A stretch of DNA of 64,000 nt from Cetorhinus maximus (lineage: Eukaryota): positions 117,428,001 through 117,492,000 of the forward strand of contig NC_135891.1 of assembly GCF_964194155.1 (NCBI RefSeq), given 5' to 3'. This document shows positions 1 through 12,819 of the stretch, piece by piece (the stretch's first letter is position 1; each line of letters opens with the position of its first letter). Made by a program: the position numbers and the translations under genes. The notes under the pieces were generated by a model. That model was not told the origin of the DNA and ran no database searches. It worked only from the letters and a program-made list of their open reading frames with translations.

Positions 1-215
1 TCACATACTGTCCTGACTTGACATTCGTCGCCATTCCTTCATCGTCACTGGATCAAAATCCTGGAACTCCCTACTTAACAGCACTTTGGGGGCATCTTCA
101 CCACACAGACTGCAGTGGGTCAAGCTGGTGGCTCATCACCACCTCAAGGGCAACAAAAGGGAAGGCAATAAATGCTGGTCTTGCCAGCGCTGACCATATC
201 CGAGAATTATTTATT
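1..215 (+). mobile_element. 3' end fragment of the tRNA-headed CR1-group LINE family
   Basis: Matches the 3' tail of 57320-60750 (cctgacttg...aaaatcctggaactccct...gcaataaatgctgg..gccagcg). Confidence 0.85.
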
Positions 216-567
216 TTTTAAAAATACTGGCAAGGGTTTGTTTAATGCTAATGACAGCAACATTCTCACTACCTGATTTGTCACCGCCTTTGGTGCACCA
301 TGAAAATGTACGAATTATCCAGCGATAAGAATCCAAACATGTCCTCCTTAATATCACTGCACTCCCAGCAAAACAAGTTGAACAAGTGCTTGCCCAGTTT
401 TAGCTGCTGACCCGTGCTGTGGTACAAAGCAAAAACTCGAAAAGACATCCACTGCTACCTCATTTATGTACCCATTCCTCAGCCGAGGACTTGCCTTGTT
501 GCCCAATGTGGTTGTTTTTACATTGCGGCAGATTGCTAGGCAACTTCAGTAGGCATTAATCAACCAC

Positions 568-718
568 TAAAATAAAAGCAAAATACTGCAGATGCTGGAG
601 ATCTGAAATAGAAAGAAAGTACTGGAAAAACTCAGCAGGTCTGGCAGCATCCACAGTTGCTCTTTCAACAGATGCTGCCAGACTTGCTGGGTTTTTCCAG
701 CACTTTCTGTTTTTATGT
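568..718. mobile_element. Palindromic element made of two inverted Penelope LTR-like halves
   Basis: gaaagtactggaaaaactcagcaggtctggcagcatc followed by its near reverse complement gatgctgccagacttgctgggtttttccagcactttc; same sequence as the Penelope 3' LTR at 30030-30121. Confidence 0.8.
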
Positions 719-1662
719 TAATCAATCACATACCATCAGTAAAACCAGGTACAGGTGTCAGGTTCCCTTCCCTGAAGAGGAGTCAACATTTTCCCTTAGT
801 TCCAGCCATAAATCGCCAGATGTTATCAAATTTAGTTTTTTGCAACTTGGCATGGTGGGGGTTTAAATCCACCTCTAAGCTATCCTACCCTTTTTATTAA
901 ACTAACCATGTAAATGCAAAACGGGCTTCAAATCAACAATGTCACAGCGAAAGTTAAGTAAGTTAAGTACTATAGATTATTTAACTTGCATAAAAACAAA
1001 TGATATGGTATTTATCTCATTCTTGAGTGTGGGAGCTTGCTGTGTGTAAATTCGCTGCATTTCCTGCATTGCAACAGTGCATGTCAAAAACATTTCATTG
1101 GCTGTAAAGCGCTTTAAGACATTTGATGGTTACGGAAGGAGTTACAAAAATGCAAGTTCTATCTTTCTTTACCTCATTCACAATAAGTAGTTTCAAGTCC
1201 CCAGTAGCGACGTAGTGGCTTTCTGGACATACACACAGTGACACTGCATCTTCAGCCACCATGCAGCATGTGTTTTCCAGTAATTGTACCTCACTTTTCA
1301 ACTAGCTGGTCAGACAACCCTCCCCTCCCACCCTGCCGAGGCCACACACCACACTCTACCCCTGACCAGCTGCCAGGAAACATCAGTGAACATAGAGGCT
1401 AACTTTCTTCATTCCACCTTCACCTGGAACAATTCGGCAAAATTCTAATCTGCAAGCACCCAGACTGTCATCTGTTTTTGCTCCAGCACTCATCACTAGG
1501 ACCTAAGTCTTCCCATTCCAACCCCAATAGATCTACTCTCAAACAAATGTAAGCATCATAAAAATTAGAATCCATTCAAAAGTGGCAGAAGCCAAAGGAC
1601 AGCAGAGCCAGTAACACAGAATCATTAATCTAACAACTAAATACAGATTAAAGTACACTTAC

Positions 1663-1734
1663 GATTAGCATGCACACAAGCATGTGTTCAGGGGAGGATA
1701 TCAAAAATCTACACGTTGATCCTTTTTTAGAAGC
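1663..1734 (-). other. Candidate 72-nt internal (probably 5'UTR) exon of the gene leaving the left edge
   Basis: Minus strand: ctcttttttgctag| acceptor and |gtaagtg donor in non-repeat sequence downstream of the 7.6-8.3 kb promoter; no protein homology recognised. Confidence 0.3.
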
Positions 1735-2039
1735 CTAGCAAAAAGAGTATACACTTGTTTAAAGTGCCCTGCTTCACTGCTGGACACTCCCAGAGTCTCA
1801 ATTCTGTTGTTGATTTTCTTTCTAATCAGGCTCCTGCAGCCTCATGTGCTAAGCATTTTTAATGATGACAAGGCTATCACAAGCCAACCCTTCCCATCCT
1901 TCCTCCACTATTGCTACTCTTTACCCCTAGTCAGGGAAGCACTAATTAATACATTTCTACTGCAACACAGAGCAGCTTCCTCAGTATTCAACACAGTCTT
2001 CAATACACTATGAACACACTCTCTTTAAGCAGCCAAAAG

Positions 2040-3680
2040 TGGAAAACTGGCACTGCTGCAACATCTCCATGAATGCCTTGGTCTCTGTTGGAAGGAAAGA
2101 TCTGTACCTCATGACATGTATGAAGCAAAAATCATCACACTGTACAAAAAATAAGGGGGAATTGCAGTGACTGCGACAATTACTGAGACAGTTCCTTGTT
2201 AAATATTGTGGGGGAGGCCTTCACTTGCATTGCTCTGACCAGATTACAGGCCCTGACATCTGACATCTATCTGAGTCTCAGTGTGGCTACAGAGCTGTCA
2301 GGTCAACAGTCGACATGACCTTCTCACTTTTGCAATTACAGGAGAAGGGCCACAAACAGCACAGACCACTCTACATTGCCTTCATAGACTTCACCAAAGT
2401 CTCTAACCTTGACAGCAGAGGATGACTCTTCAAACTGCTACAGAAAATAGGCTGCCCTCCTGGACTCTTGGGGGTCATTTCTTCTTTCCACAAGAACATC
2501 CACAGCTCCATCAGCACAATGGAGCATTATTGGAGGCTTTCACGATCTGCAGTGGGGTAAGGCTAAGCTGTGTCCTGGTGCCAACTCGCTTTGGCATATT
2601 CTTATCCATGTTGGTGTACGCTTTTGGCAAAATAATCAGGGTGCCCACCTGCATACCAGAGCTGATGGCAAAGGTGTCCAAAGTGTATAAAGTCCTAACT
2701 GGTGAGTTGCTGTTTGCTAATGACTCCATGCTGACATCCATAATAAAGTTTACTTGCAGCAGGCTGTAGATCGGCTTTCTCGCGCCTGCAAAGAGCTTGG
2801 ACTAACAATCAGTGCCAGGAAGACCAAGATAATGGGCCAAGTTGTAGGAACTCCACCTTCCATCAATATTGACAACCTCACTCTGGAGGTTTTCAACAGT
2901 TCACATACCTTGGATCAAAGGTTATGAGCAACCTATCCCTCAATGCTGAAATCAACACCAGGATGGCCAAGGCCACAGCTGTCATGTCAAAGTTGTGAAG
3001 TTGAGGGTGGACCAACAACAAACTAACCAAAAATACAAAGCTGTGTGTGTGCCCGGCTTGCATTCTCAGCAGCCTCCTTTACAGCAGCGAAGCATGGACG
3101 ACTTATGCAAGCCAAGAAAAGCAGCTGAACAGCTTCCACCTCCATTGCCTCAGACAAATACTGGGCATCTCCTGGCAAGAGAGTGTCGAATACGAAAGTG
3201 CACCAGCATGCGGGGAACACCAGCATGTTTGCCCTCGAGTCAGCGGTGACTCCATTGGTTCGATCATGCGAGCTGAATGGATGACGGCCACATCCCCAAA
3301 AACATGCTTTGTGGTGAACTTGCTATCGAGACCAACAGGACCCCATGTCTGCAAGCGAGGCCTCAAGTTGACTGGGGTCAAAGTCAATACATGGGATGCC
3401 CTCGCTGCTGATTAGAGTGCCCAGAGACAAGCAGTCAGGAAGGGCGTGGAAAAAGTAGAAGACAAAAGAAACAACAGATGATGGAAAAGAGAGCCCACCA
3501 GAAGGAAAAACATCAGTTGACCTCAGGCCAATGCTATTCACCTGTGCCATTTGTGGAAGGGACTGCCATTAATGAGTCAACCTTCACAGCCACAACAGAC
3601 GATGTTCAATCCAGAAGAGAGATACATCACAGACACAGTCCATCGTTTCCCAAGACAGACGGATGCCTGCTACAAACAAT
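2040..3680 (+). mobile_element. Degenerate RTE-clade (BovB-like) LINE, RT region to 3' end
   Basis: Broken frames read AKIITLYKNKG..SDCDNY, QLQEK..QHRPLYIAFIDFTK, LLFANDS, LLYSSEAWTTYASQEKQLNSFHLHCLRQILGISWQE, which are typical RTE RT motifs; many stops and frameshifts. Confidence 0.8.
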
Positions 3681-3728
3681 GCATCCTCAATATCACATAC
3701 TCTAAAGAAAAGGACAGAACTTGCATTA

Positions 3729-4686
3729 ACAAAGAACAAAGAAAAGTACAGCACAGGAACAGGCCCTTCGGCCCTCCAAGCCTGCGCCGATCATATTGCC
3801 CGTCAACTAAAACATTTTGCACTTCCGGGATCCGTATCCCTCTATTCCCATCCTATTCATGTATTTGTCAAGCTGCCTCTTAAACACCACTATCATACCT
3901 GCTTCCACCACCTCCTCTGGCAGCGAATTCCAGACACTCACTACCCTCTGCGTAAAAAACTTGCTCCGCACATCTCCTCTATAGTTTTCTCTTCTCACCT
4001 TAAATTTATGTCCCCTAGTAATTGACTCTTCCACCCTGGGAAAAAGCTTCTGACTATCTACTCTGTCCATGCCACTCAATTTTGTAAACTTCTATCAAGT
4101 CACCCCTCAATCTCCGTCACTCTAGTGAGAACAATCCGAGTTTCTCCAACCTCTCCTCATAGCTAATAACCTCCAGACCAGGCAGCATCCTGGTAAACCT
4201 CCTCTGCACCCTCTCCAACGCCTCCAAATCCTTCTGATAATGTGGCGACCAGAATTGCACGCAATGTGGCCTAACCAAGGTTCTACACAACTGCAGCATG
4301 ACTTCCCAGCTTTTATACTCAATACCCCTGCCAATGAAGGCAAGCATGCCATATGCATTCCTGACTACCTTTTCCACCTGCGTTGCCACTTTCAGTGACC
4401 TGTGGACCTGTACACCCAGATCCCTCTGCCCGTCAATGCACTTAAGGGTTCTGCCATTTGCTGTATAATTCCTGCCTGTATTAGACCTTCCAAAATGCAT
4501 TACCTCGCATTTGTCCGGATTAAACTCCATCTGCCATTTCTCCGCCCAAGTCTCCAACCAATCTATATCCCATTGTAACCTTTGACAATCCTCTTCACTA
4601 ACTGCAACTCCTCCAACCTTAGTGTCATCTGCAAACTTACTAATTAGCCCAGTTACATTTTCCTCCAAATCATTTATGTATACTAA
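3729..4686 (-). mobile_element. Young 5'-truncated CR1 LINE inserted in a SINE
   Basis: ORFs 4117-4728 and 3807-4079: YINDL..ISKFADDTKVGG..KWQMEFNPDKCEVMHFG..RGHKFKV..FFTQRVV; short tandem tail aaagaacaaagaa; SINE sequence on both sides (3705-3728 and 4690-5040). Confidence 0.92.
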
Positions 4687-4689
4687 ATA

Positions 4690-5040
4690 CTTAACTGTGT
4701 CTGTCACAACCTCGGGAAACCCCAACACGCCTTACAGCCATTTAAGTACTTTTTTGATAGGTAGTCACTGCGGTAACATCAGGAACCCAGCAGGCAATTT
4801 GCACACAACAAAGTCCCATGTTGGTTGAGGTTTAAATATTGGCCAGGACATTGGGGAGAACACCCCTACATTTTTTTTCCAATAGTGCTTTGGGAATCTT
4901 TTCTATTCAGCTGAGAAGGTAGACCAGGGTTTCAGTTTAACATCTACATTCAAATGACAGCAACTCTGATAGGCAGCACAGTCCTCAGTGCTCAGCTTGG
5001 ATTATGAGCTCAAGTTCCTAGAGTGAGACTTGAACCTACA
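4690..5040 (-). mobile_element. tRNA-derived DeuSINE-type SINE (split by CR1)
   Basis: Reverse complement matches the SINE at 27321-27680 (ggttcaagtctcactc.., atatttaaacctcaaccaacat, aaattgcctgctg). Confidence 0.75.
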
Positions 5041-6704
5041 GCCTACAGTCCTATTAATCAGCTTCTAATGTATTGCTAAGTCATTGTTTTATTATCTGGA
5101 ACCACAGCCAAGCTCTCTCCTGATCAGTCTGTATGCTGATGTTTTAAACACCAGTAAAACAGAAAACTGTTAACTAACATTTGAAAATTTAAGGCGATCC
5201 AGCAGATCACCTGAAAACATTTTCTTTGCTCCAGGTGCAACAACATTGCAGAACTTTATGGAGTTAGTAGCATTGAGAAAGTCAGTTAGCTTCACATCAG
5301 AAGGGTAAGTCCAAACTGCTCTCAGTCTGGGTGCTGTTACAGTATATACTTTGCATTACACAGTGAAGCCAAAATTGCTTCTGAACAATTCAAAATATGC
5401 AACAGAATTTCCCATAAACCTGCCTCTGGCAACTCAGAAAGGGTGACTCTAGAAATAATCCAAGCAAAATTAAAATCCTTTGCCCTGCAGTTTGGTAATT
5501 ATGTCATCAAAAACCTTTACCAGAGAGATGCGATGTCTGCATTCTGATGTACCTACAGAACCTCATGCACCAGAAACTGAGAGGATGTAATCAGGAATAA
5601 AAAGCACTTATTTATGTTTTCTTCAGAAGGAGAGGCATGTGATTGCTTCATTAAAAAAATAAATCCCTACAAATTTGAAAATAACAGAATGCTGAAATCT
5701 GAAAAGGAGGATTAATGGGCCAAATCAGAATTGCAGAAATCGCACCATCTCTTCAGATGTTACATGTTGGATACATCCAGTATTTTCTTATTTTGTTGCC
5801 TGCTCTTTGATTCTAAACTGGAATCTTTAAAAGGCAGGTTGTTTTTCTTCAAATATTATAAACTGCTCCCAATAAAGCAATAGGGTATATCTGAATTAAA
5901 AGCACAAGACAGGTGTTGCCTGTAAAATGGCAATATTTTGGAATATGTCCTAATCAGACAGCTCCCTAGCTGCACTAAAAACACAAAAAAATACATGTAG
6001 AAAATCCAAAACCAGAAAAAAAGAGAAAATTTACAGCAGGTCTCAAATCTGGAAGGCGAAAAGATTTAATTAATTAAAGCCCATTCAGCATCCTGAATAA
6101 AAATCTCATCCCAAAACACTAACCTGCCGTTTCATGTCACATACGACGCAGCCCCTCTAAGAGGCACATTTCCCACTCGCTGAATATATTTATTCAAACC
6201 GTTCCTTAAACATCAAGCTGAACATAGAAAATTCAGTTTGACATTTTTGACAGACTGCAGAATCTCGTGGACAGACTTCCACTGCATTTACCTTAGTCCG
6301 CGTGGTCTCTCGATTGATTTTTTGCAAACAAGGCTCTCTGCTGTCCTCGTTCAGCCCAGTTCGAACCTGTGTATATCAGCTATCCTGGCTCAGTCTACCA
6401 TCCTGATCCTCACTATTCGAACTCACTCTGCCTTGAGTTATCCCTCACACAAAATACTCTGCTCTATCTGCCCTCCTTCACTCACTCTGGCCTACCACAG
6501 ACCCCTCAATCCCTGCCCCTCCTTCCCTGACTTTGGCCTACTCTTCTCTATCGCTTCGTCAGCCTACGCTGCCCTTCAGCCTGGGTGTTTTCACTGTACC
6601 TTGCCCACCCTCTCAATATGTACTGTTCCAGGACACCCTTCTCTCACTCTGGTTTGACGAAGGCTACCTTTCTTTTAGCCTGGCCTGGTCCCCGCTTACT
6701 GATT

Positions 6705-7580
6705 CAGTCCCCCTTGCCCTGGCCTGACCTAGTCCTCCCTCAGTACCCTTTACCCTGGCCTAGTCCCCCCTCAGTCCCCTTTACCCTGGCCTGGGTTGGG
6801 CTAGTCCTCCCTCAGTCCCCTTTACCCTGGCCTGGCCTGGGCTAGTCCTCCTTCAGTCCCCTTTACCCTGGCCTGGGCTAGTCCTCCCTCAATCCGCTTT
6901 ACCCTGGCCTGGGTTGGGCTAGTCCTCCCTCAGTCCCCTTTACCCTGGCCTGGGCTAGTCCTCCCTCAGTCCCCTTTACCTTGGCCTGGGCTAGTCCTCC
7001 CTCAGTCCCCTTTACCCTGGCCTGGGCGAGTCCTCCCTCAGTCCCCTTTACCCTGGCCTGGGCTAGTCCTCCTTCAGTCCCCTTTAACCTGGCCTGGGCT
7101 AGTCCTCCTTCAGTCCCCTTTAACCTGGCCTGGGCTAGTCCTCCCTCAGTCCCCTTTACCCTGGCCTGGGCTAGTCCTCCCTCAGTCCCCTTTACCCTGG
7201 CCTGGCCTGGGCTAGTCCTCCCTCAGTCCCCTTTACCCTGGCCTGGGCTAGTCCTCCCTCAGTCCCCTTTAACCTGGCCTGGGCTAGTCCTCCCTCAGTC
7301 CCCTTTACCCTGGCCTGGGCTAGTCCTCCCTCAGTCCCCTTTACCCTGGCCTGGCCTGGGCTAGTCCTCCCTCAGTCCCCTTTACCCTGGCCTGGGCTGG
7401 GCTAGTCCTCCCTCAGTCCTCTTTACCCTGGCCTGGGCTAGTCCTCCCTCAGTCCCCTTTACCCTGGCCTGGCCTGGGCTAGTCCTCCCTCAGTCCCCTT
7501 TACCCTGGCCTGGGCTAGTCCTCCCTCAGTCCCCTTTACCCTGGCCTGGGCTAGTCCTCCCTCAGTCCCCTTTACCCTGG
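6705..7580. repeat. GC-rich minisatellite, 36-bp unit (41-bp variants), about 23 copies
   Basis: Unit ccctggcctgggctagtcctccctcagtccccttta; variants carry an extra cctgg; gives the WASPPSVPFTLA repeat ORF. Confidence 0.97.
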
Positions 7581-7589
7581 CAGGGATCC

Positions 7590-8240
7590 TGGGATACTGG
7601 ATGACCAGCCTGCTCCGACACCGCTCGCGCCCCGAGGCGAACAACCGGCAATGCGAGCAACCGCCCCGCCCCATCGCCCTCGGCCCAGAACCACATTGGT
7701 CCAGCAGGAAGGGCATTCCAGTGATTTCATCGTCCACATCCAATCATAAAGCGGTTATATTAAAGGCGCGACTGATTGGCTGCTGCTCAGGAAGGGCGTC
7801 ACAGTGATTGCCGTGAATCTACGCCAATCGGATGTCCGTATGACCGACAGGGCGCTTATTGGGTGGGAAGGCGCATGATGGACGCAGTCAGAAACCAATT
7901 ATAATGCATCAGACAAGTTACGTACGCGATGTAAACATCATCTTGACCAATCAGGAAAGGGATAAGGCGGGACTATGGGTGCGGTTTGGGGAGATCATTC
8001 ATCATTTGTAAGTAAATTTTATTTGCGACGCGAAATAACAAAAAATTACTTATAAGGGAGGCGAGAGGGGGAAGAGGTATTTAAAATGCTTTGCCTTCGA
8101 CTCTGGTATAAAGTAAATTTCATTCACTTTTACCTCAGCTTCAATCCCATCCTTTGGGGCGGTGCAATGATTGTTGGCTGATTGACGGAGAAACTGACCA
8201 ATAGAATAGAGGCGGCGGTACCCGACTCTTGTCAATCATT
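7590..8240. promoter_or_regulatory. CpG-island promoter with multiple CCAAT boxes and GC boxes
   Basis: CpG-dense in a CpG-depleted background; CCAAT/ATTGG near 7775, 7825, 7858, 7895, 7947 and 8198; aaggcgggac at ~7965 and ggggcggtg at ~8156. Confidence 0.75.
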
Positions 8241-8267
8241 TATTTAAATGACGACCTATTGACGCTG

Positions 8268-8535
8268 AGTGGCTTGTGAGGCAGTTAAACCGCGTCGCTG
8301 TGGGTCTGGGGTCACATGTAGGCCAGACCAGGCAAGGACGGCAGATTTCCTGACATTAGTGAACCAGATGGGTTTTTAAACAACAATCGACGATGGTTTC
8401 ATGGCCATCATTGGACAATTGATTCCAGATTTTCATTGAATTCAAATTCCACCCTCTGCTGTGGTGGGATTCGAACCCCGGTCCCCAAAGCATTACCGTG
8501 GGTCTCTGACGATAATACTGTGCCATCGCCTCCCG
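8268..8535 (-). mobile_element. 5' head (tRNA-like A/B box region) of the tRNA-headed LINE/SINE family
   Basis: Reverse complement gggaggcgatggcacagt...ggggttcgaatcccaccacagcagagggtggaatttgaattcaatgaaaatctggaat matches 57320-57610. Confidence 0.85.
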
Positions 8536-9119
8536 CTATTTAAATGGGCGGGGCTTGGGAAGTGCCAAAAACTTAAGCAAAAAAAAAATCTGACTTGTCA
8601 TTCATGACATTTTTCTCCCTCCCCCACTTTCTGAAGATACTGACTTTTGCTAGGGATATGGTCACCCGCAGGTGACCCTCTGTGCTAGCAGCCAGCTCAG
8701 CTCTATGTGCCAGTCAGCTATTCGACTATAGGGGCTTCACATCACAGCTCAGTTCAACTCTTGTCCTCACTCCAGGTCCACACACCTTAATACTCCAGCA
8801 GAAATCACGAATCAAGAAGGTGAACCTTAAGTGCCCCTGACCCCCCACAGCCTCAACACACAGTTCAAAGAAAGGATTGCATTTATAGAGCATCTTTCAC
8901 AACTTCAGGGTGTCCCAATTACAGCTATTTCTTGCAGTCTTCTGAAGTGCAGTCACTCCCGTGAGATAGGGAAATGTGACAGCCAATATGCACAGAGCAA
9001 TGTCCCACAAACAACAGAGATAAATGATCACAAAATCTGTTTTTTGCGATGTTGGTTGAAGGATAAATATTGCACAGGGCACTGTGCTCTGCTCTTCCAA
9101 AAGTGCCATGGAATCTTTT

Positions 9120-10035
9120 TATAGGATCATGGAATAGTTACAGCACAGCACGCCATTCAGCCCATATGTCTGTGCAACTTCAGCAGCAACAGCAGCTCAC
9201 CCAGTCCCAGTCATGACTTTTCCTTGTAGCCCTACAATATTTCTTTTCAGATAACAATCCAATTCCCTTTTGAAAGCCATGATTCAATCTGCCTCCACCA
9301 CACTCTCTTAAGCAGTGTGTTCCAGATCCTAACCACTTACTGCATAATAATGATCATTTAAATCAGTGTGCTCTGGTTCTCAATCCTTCCTTTATCAACC
9401 TTCCCTGTTACCTCATCAAAAAAAAATCAGCACAATTTACCCTTAACAAATCTAGACTGGCTTTCCTTGATTAATCCACATTTGTCTACCTTAGTTTTGT
9501 TGTTTCTAAAATCTTTCCCACCACCAAGGTTAAACTAACCTTGTAGTTGCTGGGCTTATCCTTAAACCTTTTTTTGATCAAGGGCGCAACATTTACAATT
9601 CTCCAGTTCTCTGGCACCATACATGAATATAAGGACGATTGAAAAATTATGGTCAATGCGTCCACAATTTCCACCCTTACTTTCCTCAAAGTCCCCAGAT
9701 ACATCTGATCTAATCCTGATTTATCAACTTTAAGTACAGTTAGGCCTTTCTAACACTTCCTCTTCATCAATTTTTAGCCCATCCAATGTCTCAGCTATCT
9801 CCTCTTTCACTATGATTTTGGTAAAATCTTCTTGGAAGCTCAGCTATGCCCCCTACCTCCATGGGTAAATCTCCCCTTTGGTCCCTAACGGCCCAACTCT
9901 TCCTTTTACCACCCTTTAACTGTTATATGTCTATAGAAGACTTTTAGATTCCCTTTTATGTTGGCTGCCAGCCTATTCATATTATATCTCTTTCCTTCTC
10001 TTATTTCTCTTTTCACTTTCATCTGAACTTTTACC
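9120..10035 (-). mobile_element. Degenerate CR1 fragments
   Basis: ORF 9486-9704 VEIVDALTIIFQSSL..VPENWRIVNVAPLIKK..DKPSNYK; CR1 3' tail near 9120-9200. Confidence 0.8.
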
Positions 10036-10129
10036 TCTAGCCAAGAGGATAGATGGAGCCTCCGTTTAACATCGCATCTGAAAGATGGCAAAGCATCAGC
10101 CTGGATTTTGGTCTTAAGCTTCTGGACTG

Positions 10130-11760
10130 GGACAGGGAAACAAAGAACTGTAATATTAGTTAAAAAAAAGTACTAGAGAAATTAATGGGACTTAAAGTAG
10201 ATAGATCCCCAGGACCTGATGATCTACATCCCAAAGTGTTGAAAGAGGTGACTATAGAGGCAGTAGATACATTGGTGGTCATCTTTCAAAATCCTATAAA
10301 TTCTGGAATAGTTCCTGCAGATTGGAAGGTGGCAAATGTAACCCCACTATTTCAGAAAGGAAGGAGAGAGAAAACGAGAACTACAGACCTGTTAGCCTGA
10401 CATCAGTAGTAGGGAAAATGCTAGAATCTATAATAAAGAATGTGGTGACAGGACACTTGAAAAATAATGTTAGGATTGGGTTTAGTCAACATGGATTTAT
10501 GAAAGGGAAATCATTTTTAACAAACCTGTTGGAGTTTTTTGAGGATGTAACTAGCAGAATAGAAAAGGGGGAACAGGTGGATGTGGTACAGTTAGATTTT
10601 CAGAAAGCTTTTGATAAGGTCCCATATAAGAGGTGCGAAAGCAAAATTAGAGCACATGGGATTGGGGGAATGTACTGGCATAGATTGAGAATCGGTTAAC
10701 GGACAGAAAACAGTAGGAATAAATGGGTCATTTTCAGGTTGGCAGGCAGTGACTAGTGGGGTACCGCAAGGATCAGTGCTTGGGCCCCAGCTATTCACAA
10801 TCTATATCAATGATTTGGATGTGGTGATTACATGTAATATTTCTAAGTTTGCAGACAACACAAAACTAGGTGGAAGTGAGAGTTGTGAGGAGGATGCAAA
10901 GAAGCTTCAAGGAGATTTGGAGAGGCTAAGCGAGAGGACAAAAGTTTGGCACGTGAAATAAAATGTGGAGAATTGAGGTTATCCACTTTGGTAGGAAAAA
11001 CAGAAATACAGAATACTTATATGGTGAGAGGCTGGGAAGTGTTAGATTTCATCTGGACTTGGCTGTCCTTGCTCACGAGTCATTGAAAGCTAACATGCAG
11101 GTACAGCAAGCAATTAGGAAGGTAAACGGTATGTTGACCTTTATTACAAGAAGATTTGAGTATAGGAGTAAAGATGTCTTGCTGCAATTATGTAGCGCCT
11201 TGGTGAAACTGTACCTGGATATTGTGTGCAGCTCCGGTCTCCTTAACCTAAGGAAAGATGTACTTGCCATAGAGGGAGTGCATCAAAGGTTCACCAAACT
11301 AATTCCTGAGGAATTATCCTGTGAGGAAAGATTAAATTCACTGGGCCTTTATTCTCTTGAGTTTAGAAGAATGAGCAGTGATCTCATTGAAACATACAAA
11401 ATTCTTACAGGGCTCGACAAAGTAGATGCAGGAAGGATGTTTCCCTAGAACCAAGGGATATAGTCTCAGAATAAGGGGTAGGCCATTTAGGATTGAGATG
11501 AGGAGGAATTTCTTCACTGAGGGTGGTGAATCTTTAAAATTCTCTACCCCATAGGGATGTGGATGCTCGGTTGTTGAGTAAGTTCAAGACTGGGACTGAT
11601 AGGTTTCTACATATTATAAACATCAAGGGATATGGGGATAGTGCAGGAAAATGGTGTTGAAGTAGAAGATCTGCCATGATCTCATTGAATAGTGGAGTGG
11701 GCTCAAAGCGCTGAATGGCCCACTCCTGCTCCTATTTCTTGTTATGTATGTTCTTATGTT
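10130..11760 (+). mobile_element. CR1 LINE, RT region and 3' tail, frameshifted
   Basis: ORFs 10185-11448: [61 protein letters not shown]; tail ttatgtatgttcttatgtt. Confidence 0.93.
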
Positions 11761-11896
11761 GAACCTTCTGACTCAAAAGTGAAGGTGCTAGCACTGAACC
11801 ACAGCTGACAATCAGACCATTTATAAAGCCTCTCTAGCAAGCCCAGATGAGATCAGCTGGTTAGTACTGACTGTTGTATCAGAGGTCATATTCAGT

Positions 11897-12044
11897 TTTT
11901 TTGTTTTACTTAGTTCTGTTGAAATCATACGGACTCGAAACGTTAACTGTGTTCCTCTCAGCAGATGCTACCAGACCTGCTGAGTTTTTCCAGGTATTTT
12001 TATTTTTGTTTTGGATTTCCAGCATCCGCAGTTTTTTGCTTTTA
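11897..12044 (+). mobile_element. Solo Penelope LTR fragment with 11-bp TSD and decayed hammerhead
   Basis: TSD tcatattcagt at 11886-11896 and 12045-12055; contains tcatacggactcgaaacgttaac. Confidence 0.85.
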
Positions 12045-12502
12045 TCATATTCAGTACAGCTCAGTACCATAACAGCTATTATATCTACTCTTGCCCTATT
12101 AATTTTGTAAATATTCAACCATTTATGGCTGGGAAACCAAGAACAGCCACGTTTTGTTTTCTTCATCACAACAGAACTTAGGCACATAACCTAAGCTTGA
12201 GAGGCACTGTATTCATTAGGGATTCCTGCATTGTTGGGCGTTTTGTCCTTCAAATGAGATGTTAAACCAAGGGCATGTAAAGATGTCCTGCTGATACAGG
12301 AGGATTGCAAAGATTCCCAAGTACTATTTGAAGAGGAGGGGAATCAGCCTTCTGTTCTGACCGAGATAACTTCCCAAATATTCACCACAAATAGATGAGC
12401 TGGTTATTTATAAAGTGCAGTATGTCAGACCTTGCTGTGTAAAACAGTTACTGTATTTATGTACACAACAGTAACACCACTTCAAATATTTATGCTTTAG
12501 GA

Positions 12503-12819
12503 CAGGTGTCTCCAACCCTGGTCCTGGAGAGCCTATCCAGCTAGTTTTATAGGTCACTTGTTTCTAAAGATTGGGAACGCCTGTCAGTTACTGATCAATG
12601 ATGCAAGTAATCTCTTCAATTAAGAGAACTCCAGTCCTTAACGGCTGAACTTACAGATGTTTCCAATCAGATTTTGGTCCCAAATGATCTTTAAATTAAT
12701 TAATTTATCTGCTTAATTGATCACAATGAAATTGATTCAAGTCTTAAATTGGTGATTTAATGGTGACCTACAAAACCCGCTGGACTGGGGCTCTCCAGGG
12801 GTAGGGTTGGAGATCCCTG
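12503..12819. mobile_element. hAT-type non-autonomous DNA transposon (MITE), 317 bp
   Basis: TIRs caggtgtctccaaccctggtcctggagagcc / ggctctccaggggtagggttggagatccctg; exact 8-bp TSD ctttagga at 12495-12502 and 12820-12827. Confidence 0.9.

Noticed and set aside
6705-7580. 36-bp repeats as a CRISPR array or a repeat protein (ORFs 6981-7364, 7459-7743)
   Set aside because: Units are directly adjacent with no unique spacers, there are no cas genes, the context is vertebrate, and 5-bp indels shift the frame.
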